Assembly (NCBI GenBank): GCA_964525635.1
Contig: CAZGJX010000005.1
Location: 1 to 64,000 of the forward strand
Direction of reading: 5' to 3'
DNA: 64,000 nucleotides
Source of the DNA: an uncultured archaeon
GTDB lineage: Archaea > Asgardarchaeota > Lokiarchaeia > Sigyniarchaeales > SOKP01
The stretch's first letter is position 1; the number at the start of each line of letters is the position of its first letter. Both the position numbers and the translations under genes were made by a program. Under the pieces are notes generated by a model, which saw nothing but the letters and a program-made list of their open reading frames with translations, did no database searches and had not been told where the DNA came from. Positions 25,821 through 40,800 of the stretch are shown here, piece after piece.

Positions 25821-28800
25821 TTAAATTCTGAATATGGAATTCCATGCTTCAGCAAACTCCTTTAGTAATGGTAGGGTGTACTCGATATTCCCATAAAATT
25901 GAGGATAAGCCACATGAATTTTTCTCAACTCTCTCAAGCTTTTTTGAAGGTCGCTAATTAGATCATCGTATCCTCCAATATATTCAATTCCCCGTGGAGT
26001 AGGTCCTTCATTACCGCCAAATATTTCCGTCTTTTTAAACTGTCCACCGTAATAATCGATAAGGGTTATGAACAGATCCTGTTCCTTATGTGGGACTATT
26101 GCGAAAGAATCTCCTTGAAGGAATAAGCTCATAATCAAGCTAAGATCAAAATCTTTAATAGTCAATTTGTTTGCATCGACTTGATTTTCTTGTATTGTAA
26201 AGACCATATGGGGATCCGCATCGAAACGGCTATTCCAATAGTATTTATCAAGGGTCCATCCAGAATCGCCGCTAAGTTTCCGAATTTGCTTATATGTTTT
26301 TTTATATTGCTCAATAATGTTGGTTAGCTTATTTGTATAACTTTTATCCTGAATAAATCCATCTTTACTTTTCTTTAAAGGCACTAAATATACAGTTCCA
26401 TGGGTGATAGCAGCTTTAGCGATTAATGTTTGGAATGCTTTAACAAAATTGATTATTTCTTCTTTTTGATAAGTTAATCGTGTATTGATGTTTTTATCTT
26501 GTTTTCCGATGGTTATTTTAATAAAGCTTGAGAGAAATTGACCATCATCATAAAATAGGCTTGCTTCATGTCTGAAATGCTCATCTGTTAGATGGAGTAC
26601 GAAGATATCATCCAACTGATTTGGATCAGGATCTAAGCTAAAGTCAAGAGGTGCTGGAAATCCTTTCTTATAAAGCAGAGCATTTTTAAATAGTTTTCTT
26701 ATCTCGGGTCTTTTCCTAATATTTAAGATATAATCAAGGCGATCTCGAACTATTGCTTCATAATATTTTTGATTATCTTTGAAGAATTTCTCTTCATTAT
26801 CCTCTTTATTAAATTTTTTACCTACCTGACTGTTCCAAATCGTCATAAGTTTATCCAGTATGTTCGCCATAGCGCTGCACTGTATATCTTCTATTGAGGT
26901 GTCTGGACTCCACTCTTTATATTGAGCTGCTATTGTCTCTATTAAATAGTCTGAATATTGATTGGCAGTAATTGGGTTGAATTCTCTATTCTTTTCTTCG
27001 GACGTCTCTAATAATTTATTATTTATGTCGGCAATTGAAGGATTGGAGGAATCCCAAGTACTCGAATCTAGAATATTCATTGCGTCTATATATTTAGTAT
27101 TTCCTGAGATTTCTATAGCGATTTTAACGCCTGCTATTACTGAACCTAAAAGATAATCTATATAATCATCCTTATATTTTGAATCTACATATTCCATGAG
27201 AAAGGAGAGCCTTTCTAGATTTTTTAAAATTAAATGATTTTTTCCTAAATTTTGATCTAAAATTTTTCTTTGAAGGGAGAGGGGGATAAGCACGCCATCC
27301 TTAAACATTGCGCTTCCTTCAAGCATTTTCAAATAGGTAATTCTTCCAAGTATTGCTACAACTAATCTATGTAACTTCTGAGCTTTTCCAAGAGTCTCAT
27401 CAGTCCATTCATCTGTAAAACGATTGTTTTCTTCAAAGACAAAATTGTCTATTAATTTATCCATTTCTTTAAACTCAGGAGAGTCCTTTTTATTTTCTTT
27501 ATACTTCTTTAATGTATCCCACATAATGGCCGTCCATTTTTTAACATCTTGCTTCCCATCAAACTTAAGATTCTCGATTAGGCGTTCTTTTCCTTTAAAA
27601 TCATTGAAAAACATATTATCTGAGAGTGTATTGTAAATCTCTTCATAATTCTGAGGATCTAAGTTGTATGCTACTGTTTTTATTATATGATCCAAACGTT
27701 GTTCAACAATGTCCTTCTTTATATTATTCCAATCAGCATATTGTTGGTTTGTTATGTCTGTTGCGAAAATCTTTATAGTAGTTGATGTATAGTGGTATAT
27801 ATATCTAAATATTCCATTTCGGAATGCGATTGATTCTTGGTTGCTTTTCATATTTTTTGGAAAATTCTTATTTACATATTTTACGATAGAATCTGATTTT
27901 CTTGGGAGACTTTTATATTTTTCGAACAACCATGTCCTGTAATCAAATTTGTGACCTTGCCATAAATACGTAGAAGTTAATTGGAATTCGAGGGAAATTG
28001 CGTTTTTAGTATTTCCAAATCCGCTATGTAAGAAAAGAATCGGTTGTATAGCACCCTCCATTCCCTCTTTATTCTTCTCTTTTTTCCATAGATTTTTATC
28101 TTCAAACCAATTTAGCCCTCTATCTTTGACATCTTTATCAATAATTAGCCATCTGCTTTCTAATACATTGGAGTTCTCATCAGTGACCATGAACATCTGC
28201 GATATTTGCAGGGTATCTTTCTCGTCATAATAAGCATAACCTAAATGCCAGTCTGAAATATCTTGTCCTTTTGCTGGAGTATATTGACCTTTTTCATTGA
28301 TTTCCATTCTTATAAATCGATTTATGATATCTTTTCCTTCTAGCTTAAAAGCCCATGCATAGGAACCATCCATCATTCCTGTTGTATCATCTATTTTAAT
28401 ATCATTTTTTCTATTAGTCACACTATTTTCTTTAATTTCTAAAGGTATTTCATCATATGGTAATTTTCTATTAGATGGATAATAAAATCCTAGCATATTA
28501 TTAGAGGTAATTCCATATCGAGTTGTCTTAGTTTCTTTATCAAAATATTCTCCATAATAATCACTCATAGAATTATCAGTAGCGAGAATTTCAAGAAGAT
28601 ATTTTTTTAATTCCTTTTTTTCATTCCTAAAATCTTTAATCAGAGGCTTTCCTACTTGTTTTTCTTGTATTTCATTAAAGGTTGTTTCTATTTCTTGCCA
28701 ATTTTTATCTTCCTCAATGAATTGTTTTAGTTTTAAGCGATAATTATTTTTGCTGTTGTCGTCATTAGATTTAATCTCTTCCCAATCTTTAGTAATTTCA

Positions 28801-31800
28801 TGAATTGTCTCAAAAGCCACTTGTTCAATGAAGAGGGATGGGATTGCTTTAAAAATTCTTTCACTAATAAACGATACTTCTTTACGACCTCCTAACTCCC
28901 CTGGAACTTTCATAAGAAAAAGTTTATTACCTATTACTTTACCAAATCCATCTAATGTTGTCAGACGCTCACCAGTCTCAGAATCAACAAAATCTTCGTC
29001 ACCAAAGAAGGCAGCATTGGCTATAACTCTAGCAGTAGTCTCTTTATTTATTTTTGTCTTATAAAGAGTAGAATAAAATATCATCCTGAATATATCATTA
29101 ATAATTCCCGTTTCACTGATATCTTTCCCTCCCCGACCATATAATCCTTTCCTAACCATTTTGGATGGAGATCCAATAATGATATACTTAGCTTCCTTAC
29201 CATCTCCTATGTCTATAATATGTAATCCTTTCATATCAACTATTTTAATACCCTTTATTACGAATGGTTTACTTTCTGAAAGAATTTGTCTTCCTTCAAG
29301 AGTAAAAGATTCTTCTTGAGTATCAAGAATAATAGGATTAATAATTGTATATCTTTTACTTAAAATTTCTTTTATATCATCGATATCTGAGTTATCCAGA
29401 TCAAAAGTACGAGCAAGTTCATCAAAAATTTCTTTCGGTAGGAGGAGTGACGTTGCTAAAGTTTCAAGGTTAGCACCTTCAACACCTATATATTGTCCTA
29501 AATCGACAAATTTATAAGCTTCTTTTAGTGTCTTGTAATCTTCAACCATTAATATTCCTGGTGGTAGGAATATTGATCCAATGAATGCCTGATAAAGTAA
29601 AAGATTGGGATCAAGCTTTTTATTTTCCGCATAAATATTTCCTAAATTATAATTTTCTTCGAGTAAACAAGAGAGGATTCTACTTAACCTGTAATATATT
29701 TCTCCTTGATTCTCTTTGGAGTTAGGATCGAGCTCATAAGTAGGAATTCCATCTTCAAAAGGTATACTATATAATTGAATAAATAACAATTTCATAATAT
29801 TTTTTCTTAATGCTATTTCAGCAGTTGTTTTTCCTGTTCTTGTATCATATTCCTTGGTAATTACATCAAAAATATACTGTGCCAATGCTGTATAAAATTT
29901 ATTTTCATTTTTCTTTTCATTTTCATTATCTGACTCAGCAAGACCTACATATAAAGTCTCAAGCACCGTTCTAACTCTTTTTTTAACATTTTCATAATTA
30001 AAGTCCTGAGTACCTTCAATGATTTTGTCTGCAAGTTGACCCAATTTGAGAGCAAATTCACCAAAATTCTCATAATAATTCTTTTCGTCATCTTTATGAT
30101 ATTTTTTTCTTGCTTTTTCAATAGAATCACTAAGTTCTTTAGTATTGAAGATCCTCTCAAGATTTCTAGGATTTCCCTTTGTAGGATCACTGGCTACAAA
30201 TCCCATGAATCTATCCAAGAAATACTCTATTGCTTCTATTTCTTCTATATTTTTCCCAAGGGGCTCAAGAGCTTCCCTTGTCTCCCTCTCTAGTTTTGTG
30301 CGAATAGATATCCCAGTTCCTATAGTCTCTTCTATATTCAATATATCTACACTTATACAACCCTCAATGTTCGCAAATCCGAAATAAGTCGCAATTTTAG
30401 AAAGTGTTGTAGTCTTATCGATAAATTTAGTATTTCCAAAAGAATCAGTGAATTCTAAATTAAGATCAATCTTCACTCCTTCTGCTTCAATTTGTATTTG
30501 TGCCAATGATAACTTATCCCTGAGTTTTTGAATTACAACTGCCTTTAATTCATTAATGGTATATTCTCCTTTTACAGGAATTTTTAACATTAAATCTTCT
30601 ATGTATATCTCCTGATATTCACCAGATTCCTCATCAATATCGGCTTCCCTATTCACTTCTATAACACTATTTTTTCCCTCTACCTTCTGTGAACTATCAA
30701 TAGATTCACTAATTTCCTTAATTTGTTTAATATTTTCTTGATTCATTTCTAATTTTTCCTTGATTGCCTGAGCTTTTAATAATTCTTCTATATTAGAAAG
30801 GGGGCTTTCTTTTTTGGACCTACCTTTCTCAGGCATGCCTTCCCTATCAATAGCTAAGACTGTACTAGAAGTTGCAGAATAGGCGGCAATTTTATTATTT
30901 ACGTTATTAAAAACTCTTACTTGTTGCTGTTCATCAGTCTCGGGTACAACAGGAATTGTAGGCAGTCTTTTCAAATCCTTAACAACACTATCATCAATTA
31001 ATACTCTAGTATTAAGCATTAAACCTGGCTTCTTAAGACTTGAAATAACGTCTTTAAATCTCATTCTGTTATTAAGGTGAATCTGGTATGTGTGCAATAA
31101 TTTCATATCAACATTATCCAGAAATTTCGAGTAGATATATTCTAAGGCAAGAGTCGAGCCTAAAGCTGAGAGACTCGGTATAAATAGGGTTAGCCCACTT
31201 GCAATAAAGAGAGCTGAAAGTTTCTTAATTGTTGGAACTGTCGCTTCCTTGCCGAAAATCTGTAGTTCGGAAATCATAGCTAAAATTGCTTCCCGTTTCT
31301 GTAGCATAACCTGTTCTTCTGATATACCGCTTGATTGCAGTACTACATTATTTAACCAATTTTGAAAGTCCTTATTAGATTTCATTGCAACAAAAATCTG
31401 AGCATTATAGGAAAGGGATTGCTGTGAGATTTGTGCTCCTGTACCGCTGGTAAGGAATCCAAAGAATTTGGTCTCTCTTGCACTTGTCGCAAATGTGCTT
31501 AACCAGAAGCCAAGCTCATCAGACCAGCCCATGGTTCTCGCTATACTCCCAACGACAGTCTCAATAACTCCATCTATGATGACTTCTTGCATAACTTCTG
31601 AGACTGTGCCTACAGCGGTTCTCACCGCCATCTGAGTTAATAGATTTTTTATAATTTGCTGTGATGTTACTCTCTGAATTTGAGATGCCATTATTGAATT
31701 CAAGGCCTGCATCGCCACTTGTTTTCCTGCCATTGCCGCGGCCTCTGTGTATGCCTGTTTTGCAACTCCGGTTAAGTATGAGCCCAAAATGATTAGCGGA

Positions 31801-34800
31801 GTGGATATAATAGTCGATTGTAAGGTGAGATCCTTTGTGTATTTCATTTCAGCGACCATTCCCGCTGACTGTGTTGCAAATGAATACTGATTAAAATAGT
31901 CCATAACCATATGAGAAGTTATCTGAGTTAAGGCAAGTTTTGCTGTCTCTTCTGTGGTGTCAGGGATTATCTTTTCGAATTCAATTTGAATTTTATAATA
32001 ATATGTACCTGATGTGTATGCGTTAAGTGTGATTAATTCATTAATAGGTGTCATGAAATATAGGTCTCCAGAATCTAATACATAATCAGAATCAGAAATC
32101 TCAAGAGGATCACCTATTTGTGTGCTATCTTTATATAAATACAATAAAATCTGTGATATAGGATATTCAAATCCGCCGATTTTAGAGGCTAATGGAATTT
32201 TGTCTTTATAATCCATAGTAATTTCCTCTTTTGAGAGCTCCTGAGTAGTAATTCCCCTAGTATTTTCTATTTGGGGAAGGGCAACCTCTATTGTAAGATA
32301 TCCTGTCGTTAAATCATATTTCCTCAATTGGTCATAATGATCTTGGTCGACCACCAAAGGTTTATAAAGAGCTTCATTAAATCCTCCTTCTATATCTGAG
32401 AAAATATAGGTTGGAGCACCATCGATACAGGTTGGGATCACCGAACTAAGTGTTCCATTCGTCTCCCTAGAGATGGCATAGCTCACATATCCAAGCGTAT
32501 TTTCCTGATATTGTGTATATAAATCTGTAGAACCTCCACTTTGGTGGTACCTATAGAATGGGATGTCATTATATGTATAGAGCTCACTTGAGACTAAAAA
32601 GAAATCTAAATTCTTATGATCAAAAGGTAATTGCTCGTCTGGGGGAGTAAAATCTATAAGCCCTCCTGTTAGTAGAAAACTGGCAAGATTAGAATATACA
32701 CTTACAGCCCTATCTCCATTTGGAGGGGACGCTATAACATGGGCAGTATAATCATTTCCAGGATTGCCCCCCACCACTCTTGTATAATAAGCCCCTGTAT
32801 GCCCTGTCAGCGCTGCTGGAAGGCTCTCACCCCAGAAATCGTCCCAGTAGTCTTTCTCATTAAGAGATTTGGGACTTCTTCTATTTACATTCTCAGGATA
32901 GAAAGTGTCTGCGGTCTGAACTGAGGTCATTTCATGCATTTTCAAATCCATAAAATATTTAGTAAGCAGGGAATACACAGCAAAATAGGCAGCATGAGCT
33001 AAACTTGTTGCTGTGCCATATGATAAAATAGTAATTAATGAGCTTGCAGCAGAAGCGATTAACGTCGACAGTACCTGCTCTCCTACATCTCCTAAAAATT
33101 GAGCATCATATTCTTTCCAGATTCTACTATATTCTCGCTTCCTGGCTTCATAGAATAATTGAGGATATTTCGAGATTTGACTGCTCCTATTAACCAATTT
33201 TCTCACTTCAAAGATATGGTCTTTTGCAACCAGTCCATCGTCTATATTTACTGGAAAAAGTAATCTCTCATTATCTAATCTTTCATATTTATATCTCCAG
33301 TTCGAGCCATATATTTTATGACCTTCCTTTGAAAGAATGTCGGTATAATCATCTCTAAGAGTCTCATATGGGCTTTCTACCTGTTTCCTAATATACGGAC
33401 AGAAGCTATATTGCGTGGGAGTCCCGTAAATATATCCAACTGAAATTACGTTATACTTGCCATCACAGTTACTATCATTTTCAACAATATAGACAACATC
33501 ATATAAGCCATCACTGTTGGAGTCTACATAAAAGTAGCTACCGGATGTCTTGGCGCCCCAACTATTTTTAAATGAGTCCTTGTCAGAGGTGTAATATACC
33601 CGTCCATCCGGAGGGGTTATAAACACTCCCGTAATAGCAAGTTCAACATCTCCCACAGCATTCGAACCTTTATTGTAGTCGTAATAGGTGCTAAATCTAT
33701 TGGGAAGGACAAGGGTAATTTCTGTCTCATAGAAATTGACGATCTCATCACTTCCATCCTCATTTAAAATTTGAATTGAATCGTATTTTATTGGGATTGC
33801 ATCTTTTCCATAATCTTGCCAAGTCTCTTGTGTATAACCATTTATAGTTATAGGGGTATAAATAGCATTTGCTACGTTAAGAGAGACTTCGGATTCGACA
33901 CCTAATTCAAGATCCCTTATTATACGCTTTCCTTCTCTCGCTAAATTAAAAGACATTCCAATTTGTCCATCATCAAAGAGATCGCGATAACTTCTAATTG
34001 AGATTACTTCTCCTTTCTCAAATTCCTGAACTGTAATAACCTCTGACTTCACATCTTCCTTAAGAGATTCTACTCCCAATTGAGTATATTTTCTATAGGT
34101 TGCCTGTAAAGTAGATTCTAATCCAGGATAAAGATAGGTAAATCCATCTGGGTAATCAAAATCATAGTTATCTAATTTTTCTTCAGTTAAGATTTCATTA
34201 AATATTGCATCTTCTCCACCTCCTCCGCACAATCGATCCCAAGAGGCAACCGTATAATCTACGATGTAGTTTTTCACATTCCTTGGCTTACCAGCAATTA
34301 TTGCTCTCTCTTCCTTATAATTCTTTACGTGAGATATTGTAGTCTCGCTTTCATAGGTTATTTTCTTATCTGCATATGAATCGCGGTCCTCATCAACAGA
34401 AATCATATAATATTTTGAGGTAATTTCTCCGAAAATCTGAGTAGAATCCTGCATAAACTTTTGAGCATAATAATCCACATCAGGGAGAAAGATTCTGGCT
34501 ACTGTCTCGAGCAAGGCAAGAGTGTTAAATATTCCGAATCCAAGCCCTAAGATTGTGGCTAAATTAAATTCATAGTCAGCAAATAAGCTATCGTCGATAT
34601 CGAACCATTGCGTTCTCATTACCTTTCCTTGCGAAATATTGAAGAAAGAAGATGTAAGTGTTGAGTCTTGAATAATGGTATGCCAAATAATACTATTTTC
34701 TGTAGCATTGAGAAATCCGTATTTTGTGATATCAAATACGCCATCTCTATCAATATCGATAATTTGTTTATAATCTGGATTTTGATCCATATCTAAATCG

Positions 34801-37800
34801 CATTCCAAAATTATATTATATGGATCGTAATAGATTTGAAAATCTTCAAATAAGTTTGATGTATCAAATAACTCTGCTGTAAGATCTGACTCTGCCCGTG
34901 AATAATTAAGAGCTGTAAATGAGGTATAATCAGAAACAATTGCATCATGATCTTGAGAAAAAAGGATATATCCATCATTATATGCATATTCAAAAGAGAT
35001 GGATAAGTACTCATAGAAAGAATCTTCTATATTGGAAAGGTAATCACTTCTAAATTGTTCTGATAATGTTAATAGCGTAAAACTTGATACAGGTCCTGTT
35101 GTATAATTAAAACTTATAGTAATATAATCATAATCAAAAAGAGGCGTACCTCCTAAAGTTATAATCGTGAATGTATTATCAATCTTATCTAATGTAAAAT
35201 AATAATTGCTATAGTCGTTTCTAATTTCTGACCTAGTAAGGTTTGGAAAGACGCCAACTACATTATAAAGTTCAAAATTTGTGAAATTAGTAGCAAATGG
35301 CTGCTCAACATTAAATTTATGAATGTAAGTATCGGAAGACCTATCATATACAGTAAACGATTCTTGATAGAATTGTTCTATATTATAATCATAAGAATCA
35401 CTATTATCAATTACTTCTCCTAAAAACATTTCATATCTTGGAGTTAATGGAAATCCACTCTGACTATAATATATTTCAAGGGAGTTAGCATCTATATTTT
35501 CGTAATTAAGAGCAATTGGAACTTTCCATGAAGTGTTTGTACAGTAATTAACGTAAAACGTACTGTTAGGATCAACCATGTGGGGTAATGCAATTTCAGA
35601 TCCTAGAAAATCTTGATATCTATCAAATTCATCATTCCAAGTAAGCGATCTATTAGCATCGTGATAAATTAGCTGGTCATTTACTCCCAACGCTCCCGCT
35701 GAATAATAAATATAATTATCATCAATAATATGAATATAATTTAACCATATATCTTGAGTATCGCTATCACCAAATAATAATGGTTCATTTTCAAACGCAA
35801 GAGTATAGGAATCATCAGTTGGATTATCACCTGCTGTGAATTCCTCTGTCTCTGTAAATCTCCAGATTCTTGTATCAAAAGAACTACTTCCAGAAGTACC
35901 TTCAATGATTTCGACAATTTCTATTTGATCAATTGTTATTTCATATGAAAGATGAGGTGCCGAAATTAGTAAATGAGAAAATTCAACCATGCTGTCAATA
36001 GCATGTGCCTCAAATTCGGTAAGATTTAATTCAAATCTGACTTCTTTAAATGAGTTGGTGATCTCTGTATCAAATGGCGTTATTGGAAGTTCAATGTGAT
36101 AATAATAATCGTCGGTAAACTGCTCATAAGCAGTGCTGCTTGATGCGTTCACAAGCATTATCTCAGCTTCATAGTTAAGATCGTCATAAAGTGCATGTTT
36201 CTTGTTGAAATAGGTCTTCTCTATTCCGATAGAGACAGAGTGCTCCAAGGGAGTCTCATATCGTATGATAAATACATCCCCATCGGCAAATTCCAAATGA
36301 TTGGTTGAATTGAAAGGATCAATAAATATGCTCGGAATTTCTAGAATATATACATCTTGCCCTAAGACATCTTTTTCAACCCTATATACATAGTTGATGT
36401 CCTCTGGTAGGGCAATATAGTTCAGCTCAATATCCCATAAATAGACAGATTCCACCTGCCCCTCATTTAAGGGAGCTGAGAGCTCAAATTCCATATATGA
36501 GACTCCTTCACGCTCTAAAAGATCCTCTGTGGACCATACTGCATAGTCTATAGTCGATACTTTTGTATTAGAAGGATGATACGGTCCTTGGTCTGTAAAT
36601 TGGGGAATAATAGATATTTTCTGAAGGGTATTTACACTAATAGGTAAATTAACCTCAATATTGGAATCCCACATCACAAGATCTTCAATTGAGATTTCCT
36701 GTGTATATCCCTCAATAATACCTGTAGTATCATTTAATATAATAATAATTGAGTCTAATGCATTATAATTCTCAATTAGAGCATTGAAAACAAGGGAGGA
36801 GTATTCTCCTCGATGAATGCTCTCAAGAAGATCAGGGCTGAACCATGATAATTCACCTGCTAAATCAAATACAAGAGTCTCACCCCTCTCTAGATGAGCT
36901 CCTATCTGAGTCGCATAACAGCTTACATTATTGTAAGAGCTCTCACCATAGTCGGCAAACCAATGTGCTCCAAGATTAGGTATCGTATCAAGAGGCTCAC
37001 CATCCATAACAGTCCAATAATTGAGATCAAGTGGTCTCTCATTATCCAATGGTGAGTAAGAAAATTTATATGAATTAAATGCTTGATCGTTAAGGGATGG
37101 AATGAATGAAATCCAGAACTCGTATATGTTATTAATTGCAACAATATCATTGCCATCGTCTAGCAATGTTATTGTATGAGAGGTTGTATCTATTGTATAA
37201 TGGCTTTCATCAAGAATTTGTAAAAGTCCTTTCTCGTTATAGTAATGGATTCTAACAGAGGGAGTTCCATCTACCTCCTCATATACATCTATAGATTCAT
37301 TTAATCCTATTGGAATATAATCATATGTATATTGAGGGTTATTATAATTAAATTCGTGCTTTTCATCATAATAATTCCTCTCATTTAGACGATAACTTAA
37401 ATATAACATATAAGTACTGTCAAGTGATAATCCGTATTCAAACGGTGTAATGATTGAGCCTCCTGATAGTTTTCTGTATCTCTCTCTATAGTTAATCAAT
37501 GGATTGTCTGAAACATCTGTAGCAGCATCATCGAGCAGTTGTTCGAAGGAATGAGACCAAGGATAAATAACTGTTAAGAAATGCTTTCTATCAAGGAGAG
37601 TTGGAGCTTGTTTGTAATAATATTGGATAGTGATCTGAGAGCCAGGAGTAATATTTGTCTCATTAAGGATGATGTTATTATCTACTATGCCAACTACATA
37701 TTTATCAAATTCAGCATCAATATTTGAAGTATAAGGACCATTAACACCTATCGTAATTGTGATATAGTAATCGCTAAATTGAGAATCTAACCTATTGTAA

Positions 37801-40800
37801 ACAAATGGTGTCTGGGAGAGTCTATATTTTGTCTGCCTTGATTCATATTTAATATGAATAATTGATGTAGAATCTTCAAGAAGCTCAAATCCATCAGGGA
37901 TATCGTGCTTAAATGCTGTATAATTGAGATAATATCTCCAAGTAGTTGTATTATCTTCTATTATATATTTATTAGCAGTGCCAATGGTATACCTCTGAAT
38001 TGTGCCTGTATTTTCTCCATCCCAGATTTGACAACCTACATGTGTAAAAATATCGATACTAAACTGGTCTGATGGAACAACATTTAATATTGAAAATCCT
38101 TCAAGCTCATTTGAATTTGAATCCTCATAATCTACATAAATCTTACTTCTTAAAGTTGGTTGAAAAGTAAAACTATCTTGGGTGCTGAAAATATAATCTT
38201 GAGATACAGTTCCCCAATCCAGTGAATAATAGGAGACCTCAAAAGACTCACCAAAATTAAGGTCTGGATGGAGTGTAAATTCATTTATGCTTTTATATGA
38301 ATAATCCCAAACAAGTCGGGTAATAAGTGGATCTTCTGGACTTTCTCTTAAATAATAATCAATTCCTTCGTTAAATAACGCATATGCCCAGAAATCCAAC
38401 ATAATTAAATTATCTATAGCAGAATTATTCACCTCTTCTAGGGAAATTGTAAATAAAAGATATTTAGAACCATTATTTAGATATTGAACTGAGTAATTAC
38501 CTTCGGGTATAATATTCTCAGATGGAATAAATGAATTACTCTCAAGATTGGTATTTACATTGCAATATGTACCATCGGTATACTCACCTGTTGGGTAGCC
38601 TTGAATAGAGAGATCATATTGATAAGGCTCTCCAATCTGGCGGATTGAGGAGATTGCTACATCATCAAGTAATCGTAAGCCAAATGTAGTATTAGTATGA
38701 ATATGAGGTCCAAAGAGGTCCAATACCTCTGATTGCGATACCACATTCCTTGCCAAATCAAATAATTGATGGTATAACACTGTCCCTCTTACATCAACCT
38801 CCCTTGTAGATAGGAACTGGTCTGTAAGAATGATAGTGTCGTTCCATGAGGTTGCTTTCATATATCCATTGTTATTTGTAAGAGAAGAGGTATAATCGGC
38901 TTTATATAAATCATCAGCATATCTTATTCTGCAATCTTTTTCATGAGAGGTCTGACCTGAGACTTCTGTCTGAGCTCCTGAATAGAGTGATAAGTATCCT
39001 TCTTCATAGCGTGTCTCTTCTAAATTGTAAGAGTTAAACAAAAGTCCTAAGTTTGTAATCATATTAAAGTCGTCATCAGAGATAGTTAGAGTCTCTTGTG
39101 TTCCTATGTAATTAAATTCATAATTATTTAGAGATACAAGATCAGCATAATCCATGTCTTCCACGGCTATGGTTATTTGAGAATTCTCCCGTAAATTAAA
39201 TGGTGAGGCTGGAAGATATGGATACAATTCGCTATTACGAAGGGGCTCAGATAGAATTTGATAATAGTGATTTGTAGATACAACAGATTGCACGTCCATA
39301 TTACCGAGCCGATCCTTTGGCATAAAATCATACATTTCCACCAAATGTGTATCGCATATATATTCCCAAGTATCAAGCAATATATATGATAAATACTCAA
39401 CACTTTCTCCTTCTTGCGACAATACAATGAATACGTTGGTATTTCCAATACCAAAGGCATTATAGAGTGCATCCAAATTAATTGATTTTGTAACTCGATA
39501 AATACCATTATCTAATTGAGAACTTATTTCATCATAATTCAGCGAAATATTGAGACTATCATGATAATATCCATTTGTCTGGAAATTATCAAAATAAAAA
39601 TCTATTATTAAAGAATTATCTCCTTGAAGTGCCTTTAGTTGATCGACTATAATTTGATCAAAGACAAATGAGACATTTACCTCTGGAGAAGCCAACAAGG
39701 GAAGATCGTATAACTGTAGGACCGTCTCATTTTCATCAAGGCCAATATAGATAACAGAATCATCAAGTTCAACTGAAGGAAATGGTTCGCTAAGAGGGTT
39801 AATAATGCTATTCATAATATCCTCATCATTGTAAATTAGACGAATTGAGTTGCTATATCTCCTATCTTGCTTCTGGAATCCATATCCTAACTCATAGGAA
39901 GTCTTAAGTCCGTAAATAATCGTAAAGTCCTGAGCTGGGGCATTTGTAAAGTTAACTATTGGATGTCCATTTGTATCTATGTCTATTGAAACATCTCCGC
40001 CTGAAAGAGTTTCTAACTCATCTTTGTTGTAAATAATGACATCATCAATATTTAGTGTCTGAAGAGTATAGTCAAGGGAGTATTCCATACTCCCAGTTCC
40101 AGAAGCACATTCCTGTTTGTATTGCATGTACATGGGTGATCTGGCATCTTCACTACTAGGAAGGAAATTATCTATAAATTTAAATGAGATTTCTGTTGAA
40201 TTAATACTGTTAGATTGTGGTCCAAGCGATATTTTCCCAAAATAATTATTCCAATTATTGGTCTCAAAATTAAATTCAAATGTATATATAACTTTAAAAT
40301 CACTTTGATTATCTGGTACCATATAATCGTTATTAAATGTAATCATTGATTGTTCTAAAAGCGCATTTCCTTCGTTAGCAGTCCAATCAACTTCTTTTAC
40401 AAATTCATATTCCTCCTTATTTTGTAATCCTTGAATGGATATTGGGATTATTTCTACCAAACCAAGCAACTCAAGAAGATTGCTATTGGAATCAATAGAA
40501 TAGGATTCTACTTCAGGATCATAGGTATGCTTGACCTCAATTCCATATTCTACATCATCAGATATTCCTCCTAATGTGAGAAGACCTGACTGACTTGAGA
40601 TCACATTAGGATCGATCTCTAAAGGAAATTCTGTTGATTCAAACTGATCTTTAAAGAAAGACCATGTTGTATTTGGATTAGAGGAGCTAGGATTCTTTTC
40701 TACTCTTAGGTCTAATAAAAATATATCTATATTTCTATTTTCATTATAAATTGTATCTAACGTAGTCTTTTCTATATTAAACGTAATATTTACAATATTA

